IMG/VR virus record: IMGVR_UViG_3300028591_000185
Origin: an uncultured virus (IMG/VR IMGVR_UViG_3300028591_000185)
Lineage: Duplodnaviria > Heunggongvirae > Uroviricota > Caudoviricetes
Reading direction: 5' to 3' (one strand)
DNA length: 64,000 nt
The translations under genes and the position numbers were made by a program. Position 1 is the stretch's first letter, and every line of letters starts with the position of its first letter. Positions 52,459 through 63,998 of the stretch are shown here, piece after piece. The notes under the pieces are model-generated. The model had not been told where the DNA came from. It saw nothing but the letters and a program-made list of their open reading frames with translations, and searched no databases.

Positions 52459-54723
52459 ATGTATATTTTAAAACGTGATGGTAAGTTAGTTCCATTTGAT
52501 CATTAGAAGATTGTAGATGCTATTAATAATGCATTTATTGAAGTTGATGGGCAGCTATATGAAAATGATACCGCTTTTGATATTGCGGTTGAGATTGCTA
52601 AAATTGTTGAAGCTAGTACCTATCGTATGAACGTTGAAGAAATTCAAGATTTAGTTGAAAAATATTTAATGCGGTCTGAACGTCCTGATGTAGCCAAAGC
52701 TTATATTAGATATAGATATAAGAAAGAAGTGGCTCGTGAATTTAAACATGATTTCATTGATGCTATTGGCGAAAAACTTGAAGCACGTAATGTTCAAAAT
52801 CAAAATGCAAATATTGATGAACATTCTTTTGGCGGCCGCATTGGTGAGGCGTCCAGCGTTATGACTAAACGATATGCTCTTGATTATATTATGTCTGATA
52901 TGGCAAAACGTAATCATTTGGAAAATCGTATTTATATTCATGATTTAGATGCCTATGCAGTTGGTATGCATAATTGCTTATCTATTCCATTTGATAAATT
53001 ATTAGCAGAAGGATTTAATACTCGTCAAACCGATGTGCGACCAGCGGGTTCCATTAATACTGCATTCCAGCTTGTCGCTGTGATTTTCTAGCTTCAAAGC
53101 TTACAACAATTTGGCGGTGTCAGTGCTACACATTTAGATTGGACTATGGTACCATATGTTCGGAAATCATTTTATAAACATTTTAGAGATGGTATTCATT
53201 ATGTAGAACAAAAAATTTATGATTGTACACCACCAGAAGGAATGGAAGTAAAAGATATTCCAATTGATAGTGAATTTTATACAGATGCAGGATGTCCAAT
53301 GGCATATGATTATGCTATGGATATGACAGAGCGAGAAATTCATCAAGCTGTTGAAGGTATGTATCATAACTTAAATACACTTCAATCGCGTTCTGGCAAT
53401 CAACTTCCATTTACCTCAATTAATTATGGTACTTGTACTCTATTAGAAGGTAGAATGGTTACTCAAGCTCTTTTAGAAGTATCTATTGAAGGTTTAGGCC
53501 GCATCCATAAAACATCTATTTTCCCTTGTGGAATTTTTCAAATGATGAAAGGAGTTAATCGTGAACCAGGAGACCCTAATTACGACCTTTATCAACTTGC
53601 TTTAGCAAGTACAGCCAAACGATTGTACCCTAACTATGCTAATGTTGACTGGTCAGGAAATGCAGGTTACGATAGAAGTGACCCCAAAACCTACTTCTCA
53701 ACAATGGGATGTCGTACTGTCAACGGTGCCGATATTAACGCAGACCCAGGGGTTAATCCCTAGACTAAAGATGGTCGTGGAAATATCTGTCCAGTAACTA
53801 TTATTCTTCCTACTCTTGCTATGGAAGCAACAGAATCTACATTACTCGGTAAGGCAGGAGAGTTTAGTTTTTATGACGATTCTGAAACAAGAATTAATAA
53901 ATTTCTTGAATTATTAGACAAAGCTATTCACGATGCTAAAGATATGTTGATTGAGCGTTTTGAATGGATTTGCGGGCAATCCGCTGAATCGGCTAAATTT
54001 ATGTATGAGAATGGCACAATGAGTGGCTACAAACCAGAAGAAGGAATTAGAAGTGCGCTTAAACATGGTACACTCGTAATTGGCCAATTAGGTCTTGCTG
54101 AAGCTCTTCAAATTCTAATTGGTTGCGACCATACCGAACCAAAAGGAATGGAATTAGCTAAACAAATTGAGGCATTATTTAAGACTCGTTGTGCAGAATT
54201 TAAACAAGCAGAGCATTTGAATTTTGGTGTATATTACACTCCCGCAGAAAATTTATGTTATACTGCTATGAAGAAGTTCCGTGAAAAATATGGTATTATT
54301 AAGAATGTATCAGATCACGAGTTCTTCACTAACTCAATGCATGTACCAGTATGGAAAGAATTGAGCCCATTTGATAAAATTGATATTGAAAGTCAGCTTA
54401 CTGGTTATTCTAATGCTGGATGTATTACCTATGTTGAGCTTCCTTCTACTGTAATGAATAATCTTACAGCATTAGAACAAATTGTAAATTATGCTATGGA
54501 TAAAGATATTCCTTATTTCGCAGTTAATGTTCCTAATGACACTTGCCTTGATTGTGGCTATACTGGCGAGTTTAATGATAAGTGTCCTCAATGTGGCAGT
54601 ACGCATATTCAACAGTTACGCCGTGTAACTGGATACCTTACTGGTAATTATAAAACTGCTTTTAATCTTGGCAAATAGGCCGAAGTTGAAGAGCGAGTAA
54701 AACATGTAGGAAAATTAGAATGA
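52459..54723 (+). CDS. nrdD: anaerobic ribonucleoside-triphosphate reductase, class III (4 TAG=Gln)
   Basis: ATP cone KRDG, YIHDLD, QQFGG, MGCRT, TPAENL, CxxC...CPQC, glycyl-radical loop RRVTGYL; three track ORFs in one frame. Confidence 0.96.
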
Positions 54724-55205
54724 GATATGCAGGAATGATTAAAAATGATGTTGCGGCAGCTCCTGGTGTTTGTGTAACTTTTTACACCCAGGGCTGTCCA
54801 CATCATTGTCTTGGATGCCACAATCCAGAGACTTGGGATTTTAATGGCGGTAAAGAATTTACCCCAGCAACATTATAGGAAATTAAAGAAGCCCTAATAG
54901 CTAATGGTATTCATCGTGATTTTTGTATTATGGGCGGCGAGCCACTATGTCGTGAAAATTTATTTTTAGTATGGGATTTAATTCAAGAAATTCATAGTTT
55001 TGATCCAACAATTAAAATCACAATATGGACAGGCTACACCTATGAAGAATTACTTGACAGAAATGAAAAAATATTATAGAATATATTAGAAAGTATAGAT
55101 ACATTGGTTGATGGGCCATTTATATTAAAACAACGTGATATTACCCTTCCAATGCGAGGGTCCCGCAACCAAAGAATTATTGAGTTAAAGGAGAAAAATA
55201 AATGA
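54720..55205 (+). CDS. nrdG: anaerobic RNR activating enzyme (2 TAG=Gln)
   Basis: QGCPHHCLGCHNPETWDF, GGEP, WTGY, VDGPF, RGSRNQR. Confidence 0.94.
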
Positions 55206-55561
55206 TTATTACAGTTTGTGGTAGTAGCCGTTTTAAGAAAGAAATTCAACAAGTTGCACATGACCTTGCCATTCAAGGTAATACTGTATTGGCTCCTACT
55301 GTATTTCATCATATGGAAGAAGAAGAGCTGCCAACAGAGGTATTAATCCAATTAGATAATAGTCATAAAGAAAAAATTGAATTATCTGATGCTATTTTTG
55401 TTGTGAATGTAAATAAGTATATTGGCGAAAGTACTTATGGTGAAATTGATTGGGCGCAACGAAAAAAGAAACAAATTTATTTCCTCGTTCCAATGGAAGA
55501 AGAAAAGACAGAAGAATCTACTCCTGTTGAATCTGTTGAAGAGCCACCCAAGGAGGATTAA
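55202..55561 (+). CDS. Rossmann-fold protein related to nucleoside deoxyribosyltransferase-like families
   Basis: ITVCGSSRF...KIELSDAIFVVN...YIGESTYGEI. Confidence 0.6.
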   Translation: MIITVCGSSRFKKEIQQVAHDLAIQGNTVLAPTVFHHMEEEELPTEVLIQLDNSHKEKIELSDAIFVVNVNKYIGESTYGEIDWAQRKKKQIYFLVPMEEEKTEESTPVESVEEPPKED

Positions 55562-55564
55562 TTT

Positions 55565-56086
55565 ATGAGAATTTATCTGGCTGGACCTATTTTCTATTAT
55601 GGAGATTATCTTCGTAATATTGAATGGGCGACTAAAATTCGTGAAAAATTCCCTGATGTATATCTCTATTCTCCAGTAGAGAATACTGATATAAATGGTG
55701 TTGAAGGTAAGAAGAAATTTGGAGGCTCATAGGAGATTGCAAATGGAGATAATATTAGATTAGATAATACTGATATACTCATTGCTTGCATTGATGGTGA
55801 TGTATTACCCAGCGGGACTTGTGCCGAAATCGGCAAGTTCCACGAGAAAATTATGCGAGGAGATAATAAGTATATTATTGGTATTTGCACAGATACTCGC
55901 CAGTGTTATCTTACCCACAGTGAGGCCAAGGATATTGGCGGTGCTGCTAGTCTTGGCGAGCAGTAGTATTCTTATCAAAACTTATATGTTACCGGTCTTA
56001 TCAAACAGGCAGGTGTCCTTGTGAGCAATATTGATGAAGTGATTGAAGAATTAGAGCGGGTATATGAACGATACGATAATCTTTGA
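55565..56086 (+). CDS. nucleoside 2-deoxyribosyltransferase-family protein (2 TAG=Gln)
   Basis: IYLAGPIF, YSP, DILIACIDG...SGTCAEIG, NLYV. Confidence 0.85.
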
Positions 56087-56291
56087 TATAGGATATTATC
56101 CAATTGGAGCATATGATATAGATGATTTACAAGGCATTTGCGAATATTATGAAAAAGTAAGCCATCATAAATTAGTCTTATTACCTGATGATATACATGT
56201 AGATACTAATGTCTCTGTGGTAGAACTTAAAAAGATTTAGAATATGCTCACAAAAATAATTAAGGAAAGAAATAACAATAATGATTTATAA
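56064..56291 (+). CDS. hypothetical protein (1 TAG=Gln)
   Basis: 75 aa ORF overlapping both neighbours. Confidence 0.55.
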
Positions 56292-57534
56292 TATTAATGA
56301 TAGATTACCTTTTGGCAAATTATTGATGTTTGCTATTTAGTTAGTACTTTCAGTATTCGTAGCAACAGTTCTTATCGCAAATATTTGCGGAGTAGCTGTT
56401 AGCGGTGCTCTTGTAGGTGCTGGTTTAGCTACTTTAGTATATTTGGTATTAACTAAATTTAAGTCCCCAATGTTTGTATCGAGTTCAGGTGCTTTTGTAG
56501 CACCTGTTATGGCGGCACTTGCGGCCGGCGGATATACTGCTGTTGCTATTGGTGGTTTGGTAACTTGTATTATTTATACAGTATTTGGCTTAGTTTTTAC
56601 AAAAGTACCAGTAGAGAAGATTTATAAAGTATTTCCTCCTGCGCTTATTGGAGCTGTAACTGTAGTAATTGGTGTTAATTTGATGCCCTTTATTCTTTCT
56701 TATGTTTAGATTGCTGGCGTTACTAATATGTGGGGTGTTAGTGTAGCATTAGTTACTATGTTAAGTATTGCTATCATTTCACATTATGCTAAAGGCATCT
56801 GGCGCATTTTACCTTTCTTAATGGGTACACTAATTGGTTATGTATATGCGATTATTTTAACTATTAGCGGCGCATACCAAATTGTAGATTTTAGTGTTTT
56901 TGCCAACTTAAAATTATTTAACGTTCCAGACTTCGCTTTTCTACATTGGACTTCCGTCTCGTTTACAACAGTTCTTCCAGTGATAGTAATTTATATTGCG
57001 TATACAATTTCGGCAATGATGGAATGTTTAAGTGATCATGCTGCATTAGGAGGTATTATTGGAGTTGACTTATATAGAGAACCAGGATTAGGACGACTCT
57101 TTATGGGAGAAGGAGTCGCTAACATCGTCGGCACTTCCGTAGGTGGCTTAGGTATCTGTTCATACGGGGAGGGCGTTGCATGCGTCGGATTTTCAAAAGT
57201 AGCTGCTACAAGAGTTACTGCGACAGCAGCAGGAATCCTTCTTCTCTTAGGATTTTTGGCCCCTGTCCAAGCCTTTATCCAATCCATCCCAAGTTGCGTA
57301 TTTGCAGGAGCCGCGATTATTCTCTACGGTTTTATAGCATGTAGCGGAATTAAAATGCTTCAACGAACAGACTTAAATGTTCAGAAAAATTTAATTATTG
57401 TATCTACTGTTCTTTCTCTTGGCATTAGTGGTTTAGTAGTAGGTGGTACAACAATTAGTTTATCTGCTACTGGTTTAGCACTTGTGGTTGGGGTAATTCT
57501 TAATCTCTTATTAAAGGAGAAGGCTAATGGTTGA
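56281..57534 (+). CDS. nucleobase:cation symporter-2 (uracil/xanthine permease, UraA/PyrP-like; 2 TAG=Gln)
   Basis: TM1 FAIQLVLSVFVATVL, PMFVSSSGAF, FPPALIGAV, SYGEG, FIQSIPSCV, LYGFIACSG, ILNLLL; many TM segments. Confidence 0.9.
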
Positions 57535-57931
57535 TGTTATTTATGTATATGCTGACCCATATGATGATATGGTTCATTTGACTAAAAAAGAATTACAAGA
57601 ATTATTAGATAGGGCATTTAAGCAAGGACATAATTAGGGATATGCAGAAGGTCGGAATTTTTATAATTCTCCATATATTACTACAACCCCTGCAATTACA
57701 TATAAACAAGAACCCGGATATAATCCTTATACTATTACTTGTACTCATACTGGTGATGCTGTAACAATTCCTTATACAAATACTTGTACAGGACTATGTG
57801 ATGCTACAGCGGAAACAGCTAGTACTAAAAGTAGTTTTAGTACTTATACTACTAGTTGTATTGATTCTATTATATTTACCAATTCAGAAGCTGAAGCTAA
57901 TTATGGAATTGATACTAATATGAATAATTAA
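57527..57931 (+). CDS. hypothetical protein, Thr-rich C-terminus (1 TAG=Gln)
   Basis: AAGGAG RBS; open to TAA with readthrough. Confidence 0.65.
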
Positions 57932-57940
57932 TAAAAATAA

Positions 57941-57982
57941 AAAAAATGGCGATTACCAATTTTTTGGTAATCGCCATTTTTT
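57941..57982. terminator. bidirectional terminator with TTACCAA-TTTT-TTGGTAA core
   Basis: AAAAAATGGCGATTACCAA-TTTT-TTGGTAATCGCCATTTTTT between convergent blocks. Confidence 0.85.
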
Positions 57983-57991
57983 ATTTATATA

Positions 57992-59158
57992 TTATTTAAC
58001 ACGTATCCAAATACGTCCATTTACTTTTACATTATCGCTACCCCATTCTTCATATTCAGGAATTTCACTTACAATTCCTATAATACAATCAGGATAATCC
58101 CTAATTTCTTCTCTGGTCATAATATCAACAGTACCACCAGGAGCAGAGCAAACTGCCATCCCGGCATGATAATTATTACGATTTTGATATGGATATACTA
58201 ATACACGACCTGCAACTGCAACAGGAGTTTGTGCGGTTGGGGTTGCGCCCATACAATGACCATATGTATCAGAAATTACTTGGGCTCCTGGCTATAAGCG
58301 GTCAGAAGAACAAACTAATGAACCATCATCTTGATCTATTACGACACAGCCTGGGATAAGGTCTACTGTTGTGCGGAATTCGGCATAGTCATTAAAGACA
58401 GCATTATATACACGCATTGCGCTCAAATTTTTAGCAAAATAAGCGCCACCAGAACACTATAAAGCATTATTATTATAAGTAGTTGTATCTGGTTTTTCTG
58501 CCGCTCCTGTATAACCAGCTGTACTTGTAATTATAAAAGGACCAGAAGAACTTAAACCAGAATTTCCTAATGTTAAATTAGTAATATACGCATTATTGAC
58601 TGGATAAGAAGCACTCCCTAAATTTTTAATATAAGCTGTATGCCATCTTTTGGTACCAGAACCAATATTCCATTCTCCACCATTGGTATCAACCGCATCT
58701 TTACTAGGTAGCAAATGTCCATCAACAGTAGTTGTACCGCCTAATGAAATTTCACCGGCATCACCAGCTAATCCTTTAATAGGAATTTCATATCTATTTC
58801 CATCTATATCTACTCGAAATGTACCAGTAGGCTATTCGCTATATTTATCTGTTATGGGATCTTTTATTAATGGGGTTAATGGCTATTCAACTCCATCAAT
58901 AATTTCACCAGGGAATACAATATCACTACCAACTCCAATAATAGTAGAACTACCATCACCTTTATATAAACGTATATGTTTAGGTCCGCTTCCACTCTAC
59001 CAAGTTTCCCCTTGCGCATCAGTTGGGCCGATTGCATATGTATAAGTAGCAGCCGCTACAGCCTATAAACCAGCTTTACTAATTACATATTGCTATGTAC
59101 TCGCAGGAGCAGGTGATAAATTAGTGCTTCCATCTCTTGTAAAATTTATATCTGCCAT
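57992..59158 (-). CDS. tail-associated protein with C-terminal intramolecular-chaperone/peptidase G2-like domain (multiple TAG=Gln)
   Basis: ATG 59158 with AAAGGAG RBS; VYNAVFNDYAEF...PGCVV...ISDTYG...PVAVAGRVLV. Confidence 0.7.
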
Positions 59159-59200
59159 AAAGGATATATCTCCTTTCTCTCATTATAAAAACTTTTTCTA

Positions 59201-59245
59201 CATACAATGTAAAAAAAGATTAAACTTTCTTAATCATTATAGCCC
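59201..59245 (-). promoter_or_regulatory. putative phage late/middle promoter motif, copy 5
   Basis: GGGC-N8-TTAA-N18-TACATTGTATG. Confidence 0.55.
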
Positions 59246-59261
59246 AAAAGAAGATATAAAG

Positions 59262-59290
59262 AAAAGGGAAGAGTTTAACTCTTCCCTTTA
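59262..59290. terminator. intrinsic terminator
   Basis: AAAGGGAAGAG-tttaa-CTCTTCCCTTT. Confidence 0.75.
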
Positions 59291-59293
59291 TTT

Positions 59294-59911
59294 TTATACA
59301 TCAACCCAATAGAGGCCAGCATTTTGTGCATCAATATATTGCTACATTAATTGCACATAATTAGTATCGCTTGTTAATAATGTAGCATCAATCGCATTGT
59401 AATCATGTTGCGCACCATGTATATGGGCCCAACCTGTTAATACTTTACTTGATGCTGTTAAAGTATTAATTTCATAAAAAAGCTCTGGTGCTTCATCACT
59501 TGAAGTAGGAGCAATTTTAAAGAATTTAATAGAAAAACGAATTGTACCACTCCATTTAGTTACTGGGCTTTGAATATTCCAAGGAAAAATAATTTTTCCA
59601 CTTACTGATGTAGTGTCGTAATAAGGGATAACATAATAGTATTCTTTATTTTTCGCATCACGGAATTGAATCATACCAACCATTTGAGCTAAATCCATAG
59701 AGTCATAATATCTATCAATAGAAAAGAATATGATTTCTGCGGAATGGTCGGCTTCTACGCCTAAAAATGTAGGAGCATTAATTTTTCTAGTATTTAAATC
59801 TACCTCATAGATAGGTTCATCTTGAGGAAGACGAATTCGAATGTCAGGAGGATTATACCCATCCTAAACGTTTTTTAAGAATTGCAGATATTCTTGTTCA
59901 CCAGTAATCAT
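59294..59911 (-). CDS. baseplate upper (BppU)-like protein (2 TAG=Gln)
   Basis: DEPIYEVDLNTRKI...DHSAEIIFFSIDRYYD...IIFPWNI...GTIRFSIKF; paralogous to the N-terminus of the neighbouring gene. Confidence 0.7.
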
Positions 59912-59937
59912 AGGGAATACCTCCTATCCTTAAAAAA

Positions 59938-61959
59938 TTAGATTACGCAACGGAATAAATCGGTATATCCAATACGTCTGGTATTATTATATTCAGCTAC
60001 TGTTTTAATACGATAATATCCGTTATCAGCAGGCATAAATGATTCTGCCATAGAGATTTCAATTTCTGCTGGGTCAGCCTCTTCAACTAACTCTAATGTA
60101 TTCTCATCTACTTCTTGTAAGTAATACTTTAATACACAACCGGAGAAATCAGCATATGGGAGATTATCATCAACCATTGTAAAGGCTAATGCTTGACCTA
60201 AATCTACTTGGAGAATACTATCGTTTTCACCAGTACGAGCACCGCTGTCTAATACTTTTACTGTTCCCTGTTGGCCATCAAGTGCGACATAAACACTAAT
60301 TTGATTTACAGAAGGAGCAACAAATGAAGTAGTAATACTGTCAGATTCGCCTTTTGCATATGTTGCATTAAGACGATTAATAACACCAACTTTATATTGG
60401 CCTTGAGTAGTTAAACCATTAGATACTGGGATTTCTCCTTCATAACGAGCAAAATCATATTCACCAGCAGCAATATCTTCATCAGTTAAATCAGCAAATA
60501 CGGTCTCACTGCCAACAATTTTACCTTCATTATCTAACATCACTACAGCAAGAGCACCTAAATCATCACCGCTTACAGAAGCAGTAATAGTTGGCGCACT
60601 CTCAGGCGCACTCTCATTAGAAATATAAATGAAAGCATTTTGTTCTGGGTCAATAACTTCATAAGAAGCTGGGTCAAGATTTGAAGAAACACTTAAAGTG
60701 ACTTCTGGCTCAGATGCAGCAGGAACTAAACAATAACCAGCATTATTATCAGCACCATCGCGATTAGATGAAATACTCTTTGTTAAAGCCTCAACTTGAG
60801 CCTTATCTTCATCAGATAACCCATTCCAAGTACCATCACTAATATCAACACGAGCATTAGCTTGTACTGAATATCTACCAGCTTTATTAATAGCAAGAAC
60901 GCTAAATAACTCATAAATTGGTTCGGCATCTTCTTCACCAAGAGCAGCAAAAGCATCATCTTTCTCATCACCAACCAATAAAGCATAACCACCAGTTACG
61001 GCTTTATAGTATAACTTATTGGCAGCAGGAGTGGTATCTTCAGTCTCACGATAGGTATCTACACCTACTACTGGAGTAGCTTCTTCGCCTTCAAGTGTGG
61101 CCATCCAAGTATATTGAATACTTACGCCCTTTGTAATACCAGCTTGAGCGGGCAAGTATAAAGTAGATTGAGTATCACCAGCCTCAAATGGCATATTAAT
61201 TTTGGCAGGCAAGTCTAAAATCCATTCAGGCATATCTGGCCCTTCAATTTCATCTACACGATATGAGCTATTGCGTAAACGAAGAGCGAGTTCACTTAAA
61301 TAATTATTATCTACTAATACTGGGTCTTTTAATGTTAAGCTTGTACCAACTTGAATAGTTGCAGGAATTGTGTTAAAGCTATAATCAATTTCACCATTAG
61401 CAACATGATAGAACTGAATAGAGAATGTTAATGTTCCAGCAGCTTGAGTCATTTCCTTTTTAATTGGCCATCCAAATACCAAATAGCCAGGAATTAAATC
61501 ATCGGCAGGACCAAATGCAGCTGTTGTTTGCATATCACCAATGGCCTTAGAACCAGCAGGAGTAAATGCCCAGTTAATAACAACACGACCATTTCCATCG
61601 TCATTTAATAATTTATAAAAGCTTTGATAATCAAAGTATTTATCAATTTTAAAATATACTGTTTCTGCCCAATGGTCACCAATAACAGCAATGCCATTTT
61701 TCTTAAAGACCTGTGGAACTGTGATTACACGGCTATTGGCATCAATTTCAAACACTGGTTCATCAGCTGCCATGGCTAAGCAACGAGCGGTATATTCAGG
61801 ATTTGCAGTAACGAACTCAAGAATGGTTTGAATATTAGCAAAATACTCTTCCAAAGACTTGATTTCAAGGCTTAATCCCTTTTTTGCAAAGGCTGCATTC
61901 ATTAACTCAAAACGAGCTTGATATATCTCATTGTTTTCAGCAGTTAATTTTGTAATCAT
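59938..61959 (-). CDS. structural protein with BppU-like N-terminal domain and acidic Ig-like C-terminal region
   Basis: DEPVFEIDANSRVI...DHWAETVYFKIDKYFD...LVFGWPI...GTLTFSIQF; 673 aa, no TAG. Confidence 0.7.
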   Translation of the reverse strand: MITKLTAENNEIYQARFELMNAAFAKKGLSLEIKSLEEYFANIQTILEFVTANPEYTARCLAMAADEPVFEIDANSRVITVPQVFKKNGIAVIGDHWAETVYFKIDKYFDYQSFYKLLNDDGNGRVVINWAFTPAGSKAIGDMQTTAAFGPADDLIPGYLVFGWPIKKEMTQAAGTLTFSIQFYHVANGEIDYSFNTIPATIQVGTSLTLKDPVLVDNNYLSELALRLRNSSYRVDEIEGPDMPEWILDLPAKINMPFEAGDTQSTLYLPAQAGITKGVSIQYTWMATLEGEEATPVVGVDTYRETEDTTPAANKLYYKAVTGGYALLVGDEKDDAFAALGEEDAEPIYELFSVLAINKAGRYSVQANARVDISDGTWNGLSDEDKAQVEALTKSISSNRDGADNNAGYCLVPAASEPEVTLSVSSNLDPASYEVIDPEQNAFIYISNESAPESAPTITASVSGDDLGALAVVMLDNEGKIVGSETVFADLTDEDIAAGEYDFARYEGEIPVSNGLTTQGQYKVGVINRLNATYAKGESDSITTSFVAPSVNQISVYVALDGQQGTVKVLDSGARTGENDSILQVDLGQALAFTMVDDNLPYADFSGCVLKYYLQEVDENTLELVEEADPAEIEISMAESFMPADNGYYRIKTVAEYNNTRRIGYTDLFRCVI

Positions 61960-62049
61960 AAACCTTATATCTTCCTTTCTTATAAAATAGGGAGGAGAGG
62001 AAGAAGTAAATTCTTCCTCTCCTTATTTATTAAAAAATATTTAATAAAA

Positions 62050-62256
62050 TTATTGAATATTGACCTCTTGCCATTCTGCAAGTTCGTCTTCTGGAATTAC
62101 TATTTGAGAGATAAAAGATTTATTATCTTTCGTAAGCACTTTACCAGGGTCAGCTGTAAGTTTAAAATTTCTTACATAATAAATATCTTCTAAATGAATA
62201 GGAGAAATAATTACTCCATTAGTTCCAAGATATTTATATAACACTTGTTTAGTCAT
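62050..62256 (-). CDS. small hypothetical virion-module protein
   Basis: AAGGAG RBS; LTADPGKVLT...WQEV; followed by a hairpin at 61994-62024. Confidence 0.65.
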   Translation of the reverse strand: MTKQVLYKYLGTNGVIISPIHLEDIYYVRNFKLTADPGKVLTKDNKSFISQIVIPEDELAEWQEVNIQ

Positions 62257-62276
62257 AATTGTATTCTCCTTTATTT

Positions 62277-63998
62277 TTAATCACCATGGTACACAATTGT
62301 ACCATTATAATAATGGTCTTTATTCTGCTCATCTTTAAAGATGATAGTATTTGCATTAGCCCCATTATATACAGTAAATGTTTTTGGCATTGCTTGATAT
62401 GAGTTAGTTAAGAAACCAAACATATCAGCTACTGTAGATTTAATTTCATTAGAAGTGTCATATATATTATCATCACCTGCATAGTTGCTTGAATAGAAAT
62501 CAATATCGCCATATTCTGCACTGTTATTACCAGCAAAATAATAAGCAACACGATTAGGTCTTGCTGAAGGAGCAGGCGTTGGTATCAGTAATTCTGATGG
62601 AACAGAAGGACTGCCAATTTGTAAACCAATCTTAAATGGACTACTAGACCAATCTTGATAAGCAAATGAAGTCCAGCCAAAAGTAATTACGCTACCAGGA
62701 ATATGAATTACATTCAATGAAGCAGGACGATTATTAGCACTAAACGCCTGATTGAAAGCATTATTTCTAATCATAATTAATACTGAATTATCATTACCAA
62801 TTGATTCTACTAAACTTAAATTCTTAACATTAGTAAATGCATTAGTACCAATAATACGTAACTTAGGTAGACCTAAGAAGTCTACATATTTAAGATTAGT
62901 CATTGCTTTACAACAATCTGCCGCAATTTCACGAATTTCATTATTAGCTTCAAAGAAAATATGAGTAATTTCTGTCTAACTATAAAAATCACTAATTGCT
63001 ATAACAGGCTGATTATTCATGCTCTTTGGAACAACAACTTTACCACTAATCATTTTTTCACTGGCAGGAATTAAGCGAATTGTTAAACCACTAGTATTAT
63101 ATAAGCTATCAGCTCCTGCAACATAATATGAAGAATTAGGATCGGAACTTTCACGATATTCAGTGGCATCATTTACAATTTCAAAATATGAACTATAATC
63201 TACATCATAAATGCTTGCTTCTTCGAATACAGCATAAAACTCACGGTCGCGTTGAGACTTGCCTACATTATTATGTGTCCAAGCTTCGGCAGTACCGCCT
63301 TGTCTAAATGCCCAACCAGTCCAATGATAAGTTTGTGTTAATGGTAAATTAGATTCGTTTTTACTTGGAACTACATTTACTGCATAATCTGTAATAAATG
63401 ACTCAGCGGGAACATATACAACTGCTACAACATCATTATTACCGTCATAATAAGTCATCTTATACTTATGTACATAATACACAGCATAAAATACATAATC
63501 ATTTTGACCAGCAGTAGGAGTTTGAGAAGCCCAATTATTATACTGTTGATCGGCAGCAATAATATTTGTATTTGAAGTAGTTTTAATTAAATGTCCTTTA
63601 GATTCTAAATACCATTCTTCATCGTCAAATGCACTTACAGCTGCAGGACTTAAAGCTTCAGTACTCCAGCCATAGAAGTCATATTGAGAACGAGTATCAT
63701 AATTATCTAATAATGTTTGTGAAATTAATGTTGAAGGATCTGGGAAGAAATCATCATTCTCACCTAAACTACGTCTTGCTAATAAATCATATGTTCCATC
63801 ATCATTTAAAATAACATATTTAGCACTAGGTACTTTATTTACGTTTCTAAAGAAGAATTTTACATCTGGATAAGCAAAACTCAAATTAGTTTCAATATCC
63901 TTTTCATTAACTGCAACAGCATTATCTACAAAAATAGTACCAGTAATAATAGGAATTGCATTATCTTCTGATGCTGTGCTAAAGAACTTATCATTTGT
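62277..63998 (-). CDS. 3' part of a large surface/virion protein with B-type repeats and BspA-like leucine-rich repeats (partial; 1 TAG=Gln)
   Basis: Frame open from the window edge; ORFs 62976..63884 and 62277..62903 joined by a TAG; YDFYGWST, YHWTGWA, LRIIGTNAF, IRNNAF. Confidence 0.75.

Noticed and set aside
52459..54723. Introns or inteins splitting nrdD (likewise recJ and phoH)
   Set aside because: The gaps between track ORFs are short, in frame and encode conserved protein sequence after a TAG
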